NCBI GenBank assembly: GCA_016931955.1
Contig: JAFGDV010000012.1
Location: forward strand, 1-64,000
Reading direction: 5' to 3'
DNA length: 64,000 bases
Origin: Candidatus Altiarchaeota archaeon
Lineage (GTDB): Archaea > Altiarchaeota > Altiarchaeia > IMC4 > QMZM01
The notes under the pieces: model-generated
The model's input: only the letters and a program-made list of their open reading frames with translations
The model's database searches: none
What the model was told of the DNA's origin: nothing
Part shown: in pieces, positions 18,494 to 26,606 of the stretch
How the letters are laid out: every line of letters begins with the position of its first letter
How positions within the stretch are numbered: the first letter of the stretch is position 1
Translations under genes and position numbers: made by a program

Positions 18494-18709
18494 TTATTTC
18501 ATCTCTGCTTTTATTTGGTTGAGTGTGTGGATTTTCCCTGCTTTTATTTCGGCGCGGGCTTCTTCTAGTTCTTTTTTTGTTTCGGCGTTCAGTTCTGTTG
18601 TGTCTTCGATCAGGTTTTGGATTACTTCTTCGTAGGTTTCTCTGTCGGAGAGTTTTCTTTTGTTTAGTGTTTCCTGTAGTTTGTTGCTTATCTGGATCGT
18701 AGTTGCCAT
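18494..18709 (-). CDS. cognate antitoxin (ribbon-helix-helix-like)
   Basis: MATTIQIS...ETYEEVI..LIE; abuts relE; imperfect inverted repeat ACTATAGTATGTTATAGT upstream. Confidence 0.85.
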   Translation of the reverse strand: MATTIQISNKLQETLNKRKLSDRETYEEVIQNLIEDTTELNAETKKELEEARAEIKAGKIHTLNQIKAEMK

Positions 18710-18876
18710 AGTAAACTATAGTATGTTATAGTATATAAATACCCCCATGCATCCATCTGTATCGAGCTGACTGTATGTGTTTATTCTCCAAAGGAACCCG
18801 CATATTTCAACGTTTTTTGTTTGTTGGGGGTAGCATAGGATCTGTTGGCTGTCTAAGGAAGAAAACTCTTTCTCTT

Positions 18877-18990
18877 TTATCTGCGTCTTGTTATCAGGTA
18901 CGCTACTGTCGGCGTCGTCAGCAGTATTAGTATTGTTGTCTCTGTGGTGTTGTATTCTGGCACCTGTTTTTGTCTGCAGCTGTAGGTGAT
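18877..18990 (-). pseudogene. orphan PEF-CTERM sorting-signal fragment with no gene body
   Basis: The minus strand reads ITYSCRQKQVPEYNTTETTILILLTTPTVAYLITRRR*, compared with TYTCSQQQVPEFNTIGIILIILTTPGIAYLITRKR* at the end of 24833..25654. Confidence 0.85.
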
Positions 18991-19007
18991 TGTGGCGGGA
19001 GTGTGTT

Positions 19008-19844
19008 TTAGAGTTTCTGTAGGGTGTTTTTTGTTTTGTCTATTAGTTCTTCTATGTTGTCTGCCATGTCTCTGCTTACTCTGTAGGAGGATATGAAGCC
19101 TTTTATTCTGTCTTCTCTCAGCTTTAGTAGGTTGGTTTGGCAGGAAGTGATCACTTCCTCTGTTTTGTGGCTGCTTCCTCTCCTCCGAAGGTCTCTTCTA
19201 ATCTCTGTGGGTACCTGGCTGTAATCGATCCTCTTTTTCGGATAGTTTATGAGTGCTATCACGTCGAATAGGTCTTTGTAGTGGGCTCGGCCTACGTGGA
19301 CCTTATCTGATCTGGCAGAGATCACAATCTTGTTGGCGAGTAGCATCTCTATTGGAGTTATCTTCTGTTTGAATGCGTAGTCGTCTAATATGCCTGGGAG
19401 CGTGTTGAAGTCTGTTTCATCTGGTTTTCTTAGGACTGTCTTTGTGTTGACTTGTACTTTGATTAGGTGGGCGTTGATTTTTTCGCCTTCGAATCGTGTC
19501 TCTGTTTTGTATATTGTCGGAGCTATTCTGTAGTAGGTCAGGGCTCCTGTGAATCTGTTGTATTTGCCTCCTCTTAGCCCTAGTTCCTCCATCTCTGTTC
19601 GTGTTTCTTCTATTGTTTTCTCTTCTTCGAGGTCGTAGTCTAAGTCCATTGATATCCTCCTGTTTGTTTCTTTTATGAACTGTTGGACTGCTGTGCCTCC
19701 TTTTAAGACGATTTTTTGTCTGCGGAGGAGGTTTGCTGTGTCCATGAGCCATATCAGGAACTCGGTTTGTAGTCGGGGGTGGCCTGTTTTCTCTGATATT
19801 CTTTTTATGTTTTCTTCGTTCAGCAGCTGTTTTAGTTCATGCAT
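19008..19844 (-). CDS. abiEii: type IV TA toxin, AbiEii nucleotidyltransferase
   Basis: Motifs LKGGTAV, RISMDLDY, ANKI and YKDLFDV. Confidence 0.88.
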   Translation of the reverse strand: MHELKQLLNEENIKRISEKTGHPRLQTEFLIWLMDTANLLRRQKIVLKGGTAVQQFIKETNRRISMDLDYDLEEEKTIEETRTEMEELGLRGGKYNRFTGALTYYRIAPTIYKTETRFEGEKINAHLIKVQVNTKTVLRKPDETDFNTLPGILDDYAFKQKITPIEMLLANKIVISARSDKVHVGRAHYKDLFDVIALINYPKKRIDYSQVPTEIRRDLRRRGSSHKTEEVITSCQTNLLKLREDRIKGFISSYRVSRDMADNIEELIDKTKNTLQKL

Positions 19845-20550
19845 TTATTCCTCCTTCTATGAATTTTCGTTCTTCTTCTGTCGGTTTTTTTTGTGTTGTC
19901 TTTACCTTGTAGCCTTTCTCTGATAGGACTGTGAGTATCTTTTTCAGGTATTCTAGTGTTCCTGTTTCTTGGGCTGCTTCTGTGAGTTGCTTCTGGTTGA
20001 ATCCTCTTTCTATGTAGTCGCATATGGCTGGTATGGCGTAGAACTGTATTATTTCTGGCTCCATTAGTAGGGTTTCTGTTATCGCTGTTTCGGGTGTGGC
20101 TATGTTGGCTTCTCTGTCTTCGAAGACTGTTCTTCTGTAGTTTTCTTTTTTTATCTGCCTCTTTATTGTTTTTATCTCGGCTTCCATTGTTTTGTTGTAG
20201 GCTTTTATCTGTTTATCGTCTTCTACTGTGAGGTAGTATTCTCTGCTGGATGCGAGTCCGTAGTATGATAGTGCTGATGGTCCTGTGATATAGTATCCTT
20301 GGTTGTATGTTTTTTCCATGAAGCCTATGATGTCTTTTCCGTAGGTGTTTTTTATCAGGTATTCTTCTGGTTTGTTTAGTTTGTATCTTCCTTTGGCTGT
20401 TTTTGTTATCATTCCTTTTTTCTGCATTCTGGTGGCGACTACTTTTGCGTTGTTTTCGGTTGTATTCAGTATTCTGCTTATGTCTTTTGTTGTGAATTCT
20501 TTTTCCCCGAGTCTCAGGTATAGTAGGGTGTAGCGTTCGGTGATTTTCAT
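19837..20550 (-). CDS. abiEi: type IV TA antitoxin, AbiEi-like (wHTH)
   Basis: N-terminal wHTH (..KGMITKTAKGRY), YITGPSALSYYGL and IATPETAI; overlaps the abiEii start. Confidence 0.85.
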   Translation of the reverse strand: MKITERYTLLYLRLGEKEFTTKDISRILNTTENNAKVVATRMQKKGMITKTAKGRYKLNKPEEYLIKNTYGKDIIGFMEKTYNQGYYITGPSALSYYGLASSREYYLTVEDDKQIKAYNKTMEAEIKTIKRQIKKENYRRTVFEDREANIATPETAITETLLMEPEIIQFYAIPAICDYIERGFNQKQLTEAAQETGTLEYLKKILTVLSEKGYKVKTTQKKPTEEERKFIEGGINA

Positions 20551-20581
20551 TTTTTGTAACTTGTAACATAATTACTGTTTT

Positions 20582-20604
20582 TGTAACTTAAATATCAAGT
20601 TACA
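20582..20604. promoter_or_regulatory. putative AbiEi operator
   Basis: 23-bp inverted repeat TGTAACTT-N7-AAGTTACA overlapping a TTAAATA box upstream of abiEi, with additional TGTAAC half-sites at 20555-20567. Confidence 0.65.
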
Positions 20605-20641
20605 GAAATCGTAACTATTCCCTGATTTTGATTTACGCGGG

Positions 20642-20715
20642 TCTTTTTCTCTTCCTCAGGTACGCTATTCCCGGCGTCGTCTTTGTTGTTTGTCTCTGTG
20701 GTGTTGTATTCTGGC
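20642..20715 (-). repeat. decayed PEF-CTERM tail copy
   Basis: The minus strand reads PEYNTTET, then after a frameshift TTPGIAYLRKRKR; it shares long stretches with 18895-18961. Confidence 0.8.
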
Positions 20716-20792
20716 TCTTTATTCGTCAGTGTGGATGCTCCGTGTTGTTGTCTTGCACTGTTTTTTTTGGAGGGAATCAGTTGTGCTTGTTT

Positions 20793-21161
20793 TTAGAGAA
20801 GCTTTTTAATGTCCTCAATAAGCTTTTCGGCTGCTGTTATAGCTTCTTCTGCATCGGCTTTTGAGATGTCTGATATGATTCCATAGTCTGCTTTCTCTCT
20901 TTCTTCTTGTGTTGTTGCAAAATCCCTGAAGGTGTCTTGGCTTAGTTCTCCTGTTTTAACGTATTCTTCGGCGATTTTGGGTATAACTCCTCTATGTGTT
21001 TTTGGATAGATGTCTTTTGTAGATAGTAGAGCTCTTGCTGCGAAGAACATTGAGTAGTATGCCCTGCTTAAAGCATCAGAGTAGTGTTTGTCTTCCAGTA
21101 AGTCTTTTGCTGCTTCGAGTTTTTCTCTTGCTTTTTCCATTAACATGTCTTTTTCATCCAA
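20793..21161 (-). CDS. HEPN domain protein
   Basis: Motifs ALSRAYYSMF, PKTHRGV and REKADY. Confidence 0.9.
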   Translation of the reverse strand: MDEKDMLMEKAREKLEAAKDLLEDKHYSDALSRAYYSMFFAARALLSTKDIYPKTHRGVIPKIAEEYVKTGELSQDTFRDFATTQEEREKADYGIISDISKADAEEAITAAEKLIEDIKKLL

Positions 21162-21465
21162 TTAGAACACCATTTTTTTCTATTTCGGAGATGAAGTGTG
21201 TTTTTCTGATTTTTTTGTAGTCTTTTTGTGTGATGATTTTTGCTGAGATGTAGACTGATTTTTCTAGGAGGGTTTTGACTACGTCTTCCATTATTTTTTT
21301 CTTTATTTTTCTTTTGCTGCTTTCTGAGATTAGCATCATGTCTATGTCTGACTTTTCCTTGTCTTTTCCGCTTGCTACGGAGCCGTAGAGTATGATTTTT
21401 TTTATTTCTGGGTTTTTTTTCTTGACTGTGTATGCGAAATCTTCTGCTATTTTTTTTCTGTTCAT
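21154..21465 (-). CDS. minimal nucleotidyltransferase (MNT)
   Basis: ILYGSVASG...SDIDMM motif; overlaps the HEPN start. Confidence 0.88.
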   Translation of the reverse strand: MNRKKIAEDFAYTVKKKNPEIKKIILYGSVASGKDKEKSDIDMMLISESSKRKIKKKIMEDVVKTLLEKSVYISAKIITQKDYKKIRKTHFISEIEKNGVLIG

Positions 21466-21509
21466 TTTTTTGGTAAAGGTATTTTGTTTTCCAGATTTAA
21501 AATGGTTTT

Positions 21510-21635
21510 CCGGCGTCGTCTTTGTTGTTTGTCTGCATGTGTGGGTGGTTGTTACTGTTTTTGTAACTTAAATATACAGAAATCGTAACTATCCCCTGAT
21601 TTTCATCAAATATGCTGTCCCAGGAGTCGTTTTTA
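21510..21635. repeat. composite repeat: PEF-tail fragment, duplicated abiE promoter, second PEF-tail fragment
   Basis: 21510-21534 is identical to 20671-20695; 21552-21603 matches 20572-20629 with a 6-bp deletion; about 21592-21633 on the minus strand reads KTTPGTAYLMKIRG. Confidence 0.8.
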
Positions 21636-21689
21636 TTCTTGGATGGGGGTCAGTTCAGGGATTGTTGGTGAGGTGGGTGGGGTGGATAA

Positions 21690-22298
21690 TTATTTGGCCA
21701 GTTTCATGTCTTTGTCGCCTAGGATTGTCTGGCCTTCGTGGTTGCTCCAGAGTGCCATGATGGAAGCCAGTGCTCCCGGCTCTGTTTCGTTTTTCATGAG
21801 TTTTAGAATGTTTTTCCTCACCATATTTTTGGACTTCTCTGAGGCCTGTTGTGCGCTGTTGCCTTTGAGTAGGGAAACAACGACTAGATTGGAGGGTTCA
21901 AGGAAGAGTTTGGCTGTCTCGTCTTTCAACGGCGTCGCTGATCGTCTCTCATCTATCCAGAAACTGAAGGGGGTATTGTAGCCTATGAAGCATCCGCCTT
22001 TTAGGGTGCATGCTTTTCCCAGGGAGGCTGCTGCGTAGCAGGCTCGGGCGTAGACTATCTTTTTGCTTAGGATGTTATGGTTTACGTCTTCTTCCACCAA
22101 AACTTCTTCTATGCCTCTGATTTTGTCGCCGTATATGTGTTTTTCATCTCCGTGGGCGTTGAAGAAGATCAGCGGCGGATTTTTCTCTGAGACTATATTT
22201 GAGAAATTTTTTTGTGTGAGGCGTGGTCTCTCCAGGTCTAAGACTTTGGTGTTCTTTTTTTTGGCTGACTTAATGACTTTGCTGGCGTCATGTTTCTG
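21690..22298 (-). pseudogene. clan CD (caspase/gingipain C25-like) protease with a disrupted or frameshifted 5' end
   Basis: The open frame 22298..21690 contains IFFNAHG (His codon 22152-22154), IVYARAC (Cys codon 22038-22040), FIGY and a terminal ILGD. No in-frame ATG precedes the His motif. Confidence 0.6.
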
Positions 22299-22527
22299 CT
22301 AGTGTCTTGGAGAATTCTCCGCTGGCTACTGCGCGGATGAATTTGAGTTGCATGTCGACGAAGTTTCTGCCGACTTCGTCTTCTGCTTGTATGTGTTTTT
22401 TAAGCTCTTCTTTGGTGTAGACGCCTTTCTCTCCTACTGATAGCTTGAAGTGGCTGGGTACGCTGGTTTCTAGGCGCCATAGTACTAGTTCTTTGACTTC
22501 TTTGTCGAGTTTCTTTTTGTCTTTCAT
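22288..22527 (-). CDS. small conserved-looking hypothetical protein (protease module gene 2)
   Basis: 79-aa ORF, ATGA-coupled on both sides. Confidence 0.75.
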   Translation of the reverse strand: MKDKKKLDKEVKELVLWRLETSVPSHFKLSVGEKGVYTKEELKKHIQAEDEVGRNFVDMQLKFIRAVASGEFSKTLAET

Positions 22528-22712
22528 ATTATCTTCATTTTCGCCAACTTGTCGATAATCTGCTTACCAAGCTCAGAATCGTTTTTGATTTCGATCATGG
22601 CTGTATTCCATGTGTAGGGTTTGTTTTTTATGACGACTATTATGTCTTTTCCGCGGATGGCTTCTGGGACGTTGGCATATATCCTCATAAATTTGGCTTT
22701 TTTGTCTGCCAT
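22524..22712 (-). CDS. small conserved-looking hypothetical protein (protease module gene 1)
   Basis: 62-aa ORF, ATGA overlap with the next gene, AT-rich box upstream. Confidence 0.75.
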   Translation of the reverse strand: MADKKAKFMRIYANVPEAIRGKDIIVVIKNKPYTWNTAMIEIKNDSELGKQIIDKLAKMKII

Positions 22713-22804
22713 AAGTAACCATTAGCATTGGGGGGATTATTAAGCGTAACGCAGACTTGTTGGGCTTCGCTTATTGTCTAACCCGTGGAAAGCCTTGTCC
22801 CCAC

Positions 22805-22847
22805 TTCATCATGTCTATTTCCCGTCGTCGTATTGTTTTGGTTGTAG
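22805..22847. repeat. short decayed spacer repeat, probably related to the PEF tail
   Basis: TTCATCATGTCTATTTCCC is identical to 17974-17992 and is followed by GTCGTC as in the other tail copies. Confidence 0.6.
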
Positions 22848-23313
22848 TATGTTTTCCTGTATTTCTCATATTGTATTACATGAATTTTTAAACTTTCGTG
22901 TATTATTTATCTCAATAATTTTTCCTTTCCTCGATAAATTAATAGAGTTAAATTTTGTGTCATATGTTTTGGTGGGCTTACCTAAATTTTTAGTATTTAT
23001 ATGCGTAGTTCCCTTGTTTTAGGTGGGGTGTGCATAATGGAACTTAGGATTGAGATGAGCCATACTGAGCAGACCGCATGCTTCTCGCTCCTATTGAGTT
23101 GGAGACTCCGAGCAGGTTAAAGACTTTTGGGGCTTATCTTGGAATCTAGGATATGACTTTATTGGCTGAGGCGATAACTCTTAAGATCCCTTATTTTATC
23201 TCTTTGTATGTCGGTGGTGGGGCTCAGAGGAAGTTGATTATTGTCAGGCGGCTGGATGATGTCTTTTTTTTTTGTTAGGCTGCTGCTGTTGGTGTATCCT
23301 TGGTGGGTTTTTT

Positions 23314-24750
23314 TCAGGCGTGTGAGAAGAATATTATGGGCATGTGTAGTATGTTTTCTTCCAGTTTTATCTGGTCTGTGTTGTAGATTATTATGCCGTG
23401 GGGGGATTTGTATCTCTTGATTGCTTTTCTTATCTGTTTGGTGTTTTTGTCGCCTGAGCCTACTTCTACTGGTATTATCTGGTTTTCTTTTTGGATTAGG
23501 AAGTCCACGCCTTCTTTTTCCGGGTCGTAGGATATTCCTGCTTTTTTTGTGCGGAATAGGGTTGATGCGACGAGGTTTTCTGCGAGGAGTCCTATCATGT
23601 CTCTGTTTTTCAGGTTGTATGTTCCGAGTTTGAATCGTATTGCTGCATTGATGGAGGGTGATAGGAAGTAGTATTTCCAGGGTTTTCTGACTATTTTGCC
23701 TGCGCTGCCGTAGGGTTTGACGCTGAATATGAGGTGTGTTTTTTCCAGGACGTCTAGTATGTTTCTTATGAGGGTTGGTGATTTCTTTAATCTTGCGGCG
23801 AGTTTGGCGTCTGATGTTCCGCCTGGTTTTTGGAGTGCTAGGAAAGTGAGTATCAGCGAGATTGTGTTTCGTGTTTCTGTTGTGAAGTTTTGTATCGTGG
23901 TTAGGTCTTTTTCTATCACTCTTTCGATCATGTCGAATGTTTTCTCGTGGACTGCGGCTTCTTCGAGGGGGATGGCGTAGGGTAGGCCGCCGTAGCATAG
24001 GTAGTTTTCCCATTCTCTCTGGGGGTCTTCGCCTGTTTTCAGGGTCTTTATCGTGATTTCGTGCTTTAGTTCGGAAGCTTTTTTTAGTGTTTTTTCGTCT
24101 GGGTTGTGGATTAATTCCATTATTGTCTCCGTTGTTTTCGGCAGGTCTATGCCGTATTTTAGGGTTATGTGTTCTGTGTAGTTCATTGGGTATATTCTTA
24201 TCTTGGTTATTCTTCTTGCGGCGTCGACGTTTAGTTCTAGGTCTAGCGCGGATGATCCTGTGTATACCGTGAATATTTTCTTTGTTTTGTCGTAGAAGAT
24301 TTTTCCTGCTGTGGACCATTCTTTGTCGTAGTGGGCTTCGTCCACGAATATGAATAATGGCTCTTTGAGGTTTACTGGTGAGGTTCTGTGGATTTTTTGT
24401 ATGTATGTGTCTATCGCATTGAATATTGTGCTGCCGACGTAGTTTTTCATTTCGTCGGCTGTGAAGTATAGTATTTTTTCTGGGTCTATTTTTTTGTCTT
24501 TTGTCAGGTGGTCGTATAGTTGTAGTAGTAGTGTTGTTTTGCCTGTTCCTCTTAGTCCGGGCATCATTATTAGTCTGTTTTCTGTGTCTTTTCCGTCTAG
24601 GTAGTTGTCTGCGTGTTGTTGTAGTCTGTTGTAGATTGTTCTGTGTTTTAGTGGTTTGTCTTCTCTTTTGATGCCGTCTTTTACGAGTTTTGGTGTTTCT
24701 GTGAGTTTGCCTATGACGTAGTTCAGTACCAAGTCGTCCATCTCATACAT
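23314..24750 (-). CDS. COG1373 AAA+ ATPase (AAA_14 + HTH + DUF4143)
   Basis: Walker A GLRGTGKT, Walker B FVDEAH, TGSSAL, GGLP, and C-terminal VDF...PVEV. Confidence 0.9.
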   Translation of the reverse strand: MYEMDDLVLNYVIGKLTETPKLVKDGIKREDKPLKHRTIYNRLQQHADNYLDGKDTENRLIMMPGLRGTGKTTLLLQLYDHLTKDKKIDPEKILYFTADEMKNYVGSTIFNAIDTYIQKIHRTSPVNLKEPLFIFVDEAHYDKEWSTAGKIFYDKTKKIFTVYTGSSALDLELNVDAARRITKIRIYPMNYTEHITLKYGIDLPKTTETIMELIHNPDEKTLKKASELKHEITIKTLKTGEDPQREWENYLCYGGLPYAIPLEEAAVHEKTFDMIERVIEKDLTTIQNFTTETRNTISLILTFLALQKPGGTSDAKLAARLKKSPTLIRNILDVLEKTHLIFSVKPYGSAGKIVRKPWKYYFLSPSINAAIRFKLGTYNLKNRDMIGLLAENLVASTLFRTKKAGISYDPEKEGVDFLIQKENQIIPVEVGSGDKNTKQIRKAIKRYKSPHGIIIYNTDQIKLEENILHMPIIFFSHA

Positions 24751-24832
24751 TATTATGTACAAACCTATATAAATACTTATACATTATAGAATATAAATCA
24801 GGGGATTTGGATCCCCCCTAGCCAGATATTCT

Positions 24833-25654
24833 TCACCTTTTTCTTGTTATCAGGTAGGCTATTCCGGGTGTCGTCAATATTATCAGTATTATTCCTATGG
24901 TGTTGAATTCCGGCACCTGTTGTTGGCTGCAGGTGTAGGTGCATCCTGTCGTGCCTTCATCGTCGTAGTTGTCTGTGGTGTCGCATCTGTTGTTGTCTCC
25001 TGTTGTCACGTCTAGGCTGACTATGTCTTCGAAGCTTCCTCCTTCTTGGTTGTTGTTGCAGAATGTGTTCTCGTTCAGTACGTTGTTGAGCACATGTACT
25101 ATGTATACTCCAATGCGTTGGTTGTTGTTTGCTGTGTTACCTGTTAGTGTGTTGCCGTGTGTGCCTATGTATATTCCGTGTAGTGTGTTTTCGTTTGCCG
25201 TGTTGTTTATGAGTTGGTTGTTGTCTCCTCCTGTTCCTCTTATGTCTATTCCTTCTCGGAATCCGGTTATTTTGCAGTTTCTTATGGTGTTTCCTGTTTT
25301 TCCGTCTAGTATTATGCCGAAGTCGTTGCCGGTGTTGTCTCCGTCTATTGTGTTTCCTTGGCAGTCGAATATTTTGTTGTTGAAGCCTGCTGGGCTGTTG
25401 ATGCATGTTCCTACGTAGTTGTTTACTGTTATTGTTCCTACGTAGTTTACTTGGCTGTTGCAGTTTATATTGTCGTTTAGGGCTGCTGTGCAGTCGATGC
25501 AGGCGTCTGTGTTGCTTCCTCCATTTGTTGTTGTGCCGTCTCCGCAGTTGCATACTCCGCATCCTATTTCTGTGTAGGCGTTTACGGTGGCCATCATTAT
25601 CAACAGCATTGTTATTATTGTCGTTATCTTTTCTTTGTTTTTGTTTGTTTTCAT
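24833..25654 (-). CDS. PEF-CTERM surface protein with parallel beta-helix (NosD-like) repeats
   Basis: Signal peptide; IFDCQGNTIDG and N.L.NNTAN.N...GI repeats; C-terminal VPEF + TM + RKR. Start placed at MKTNK. Confidence 0.85.
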   Translation of the reverse strand: MKTNKNKEKITTIITMLLIMMATVNAYTEIGCGVCNCGDGTTTNGGSNTDACIDCTAALNDNINCNSQVNYVGTITVNNYVGTCINSPAGFNNKIFDCQGNTIDGDNTGNDFGIILDGKTGNTIRNCKITGFREGIDIRGTGGDNNQLINNTANENTLHGIYIGTHGNTLTGNTANNNQRIGVYIVHVLNNVLNENTFCNNNQEGGSFEDIVSLDVTTGDNNRCDTTDNYDDEGTTGCTYTCSQQQVPEFNTIGIILIILTTPGIAYLITRKR

Positions 25655-25901
25655 GGTGTTTATATTTGTATTCTGTTCTTTATAAGGGGTTTTTTTGTTT
25701 TGCTTTTTAAGCTTTGGTTCGTAATATTTTTGTGTATGGCGTTTTGTCTGTGGGTGGTGTGGTATAGTGTGCGTTGTTTTTTTGGTTTTTTTATACATTG
25801 GTTTGCTTTTTAAAGGCGAAATCCCATATATTTGTATCTTATTTAGGCGAGAAAGTACGTTATTTATTTGAAACAAGTTTGAGGTGACGCAAAACAAAAA
25901 A

Positions 25902-26477
25902 ATGAAAATGATGAAGGTTATGATGGTTCTATTGACCTTGATAACAACTATTTCAGTAGTTAACGCAGCTTATGTTTATTCTACAGACGCTGATGGTAAT
26001 TGGAAAGACCTCTTTGATGGTGATGATAACATATATGCAATAGGTAGTGGGTTCCAAGCAGAAGAAACTTGTAGGATATATATAATGAAAAACGGTAATT
26101 GGGAAACAAAAGATGTGGGTGGTATACCCCCAGGCTCAACAGGAACATATGATGTGTACATCGGGGATACAATACCAATGGACAAAAAGGTTGTTGGCCC
26201 AATAGAAATTGTGACCACTAATGGAGGTAATTTATTAAATACATTAGTGTGGAGCCCACCATTACAAACCGGGAAGTTTGATATAATAGTGGATTGTAAA
26301 AATGTAGGTGGTGATTATGGAAGTTGGGATGGAGCCTACGACCCCACCTCTAGAGATGCTGTAGACACAAACTTCTGTATCGGCTTCACGGTTGTTCCTG
26401 AGTCTGTGTTAGCTGTTGGTTTGATCGCTCTCTTGGTTCCTGGTTTGATTTATGTTGCTAGGAAGAAGTCTGCGTAA
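25902..26477 (+). CDS. secreted PEF-CTERM-like surface protein (VPES variant tail)
   Basis: GAGGTGA RBS upstream; signal peptide; C-terminal GFTVVPESVLAVGLIALLVPGLIYVARKKSA. Confidence 0.82.
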   Translation: MKMMKVMMVLLTLITTISVVNAAYVYSTDADGNWKDLFDGDDNIYAIGSGFQAEETCRIYIMKNGNWETKDVGGIPPGSTGTYDVYIGDTIPMDKKVVGPIEIVTTNGGNLLNTLVWSPPLQTGKFDIIVDCKNVGGDYGSWDGAYDPTSRDAVDTNFCIGFTVVPESVLAVGLIALLVPGLIYVARKKSA

Positions 26478-26606
26478 AACCTTTTTCTTTCTTTTTCTAT
26501 TTTTCTTTTATTCCTTTTTTTGTATTGCTGCGCTATTTTTATATATAATAATCCATATATATAATATCATTTTAAACATTATTCAATAATTCCACCTTGA
26601 ATTAAA

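Noticed and set aside
23030-23210. Possible degraded PIN-like gene fragment (DMTLLAEAITLKIPYFIS)
   Set aside because: Too short and interrupted to support without a homology search.
23159-24319. Long Arg/Lys/Thr-rich alternative-frame ORFs (also 59683..60783, 16235..16828, 3693..4298)
   Set aside because: They overlap well-supported genes and arise from T-poor coding strands that lack off-frame stops.
25655-25897. N-terminal extensions in the ORF track (also 13924-14091, 43418-43630, 61052-61108)
   Set aside because: They run through promoter or repeat DNA; downstream ATGs fit signal peptides or family N-termini better.
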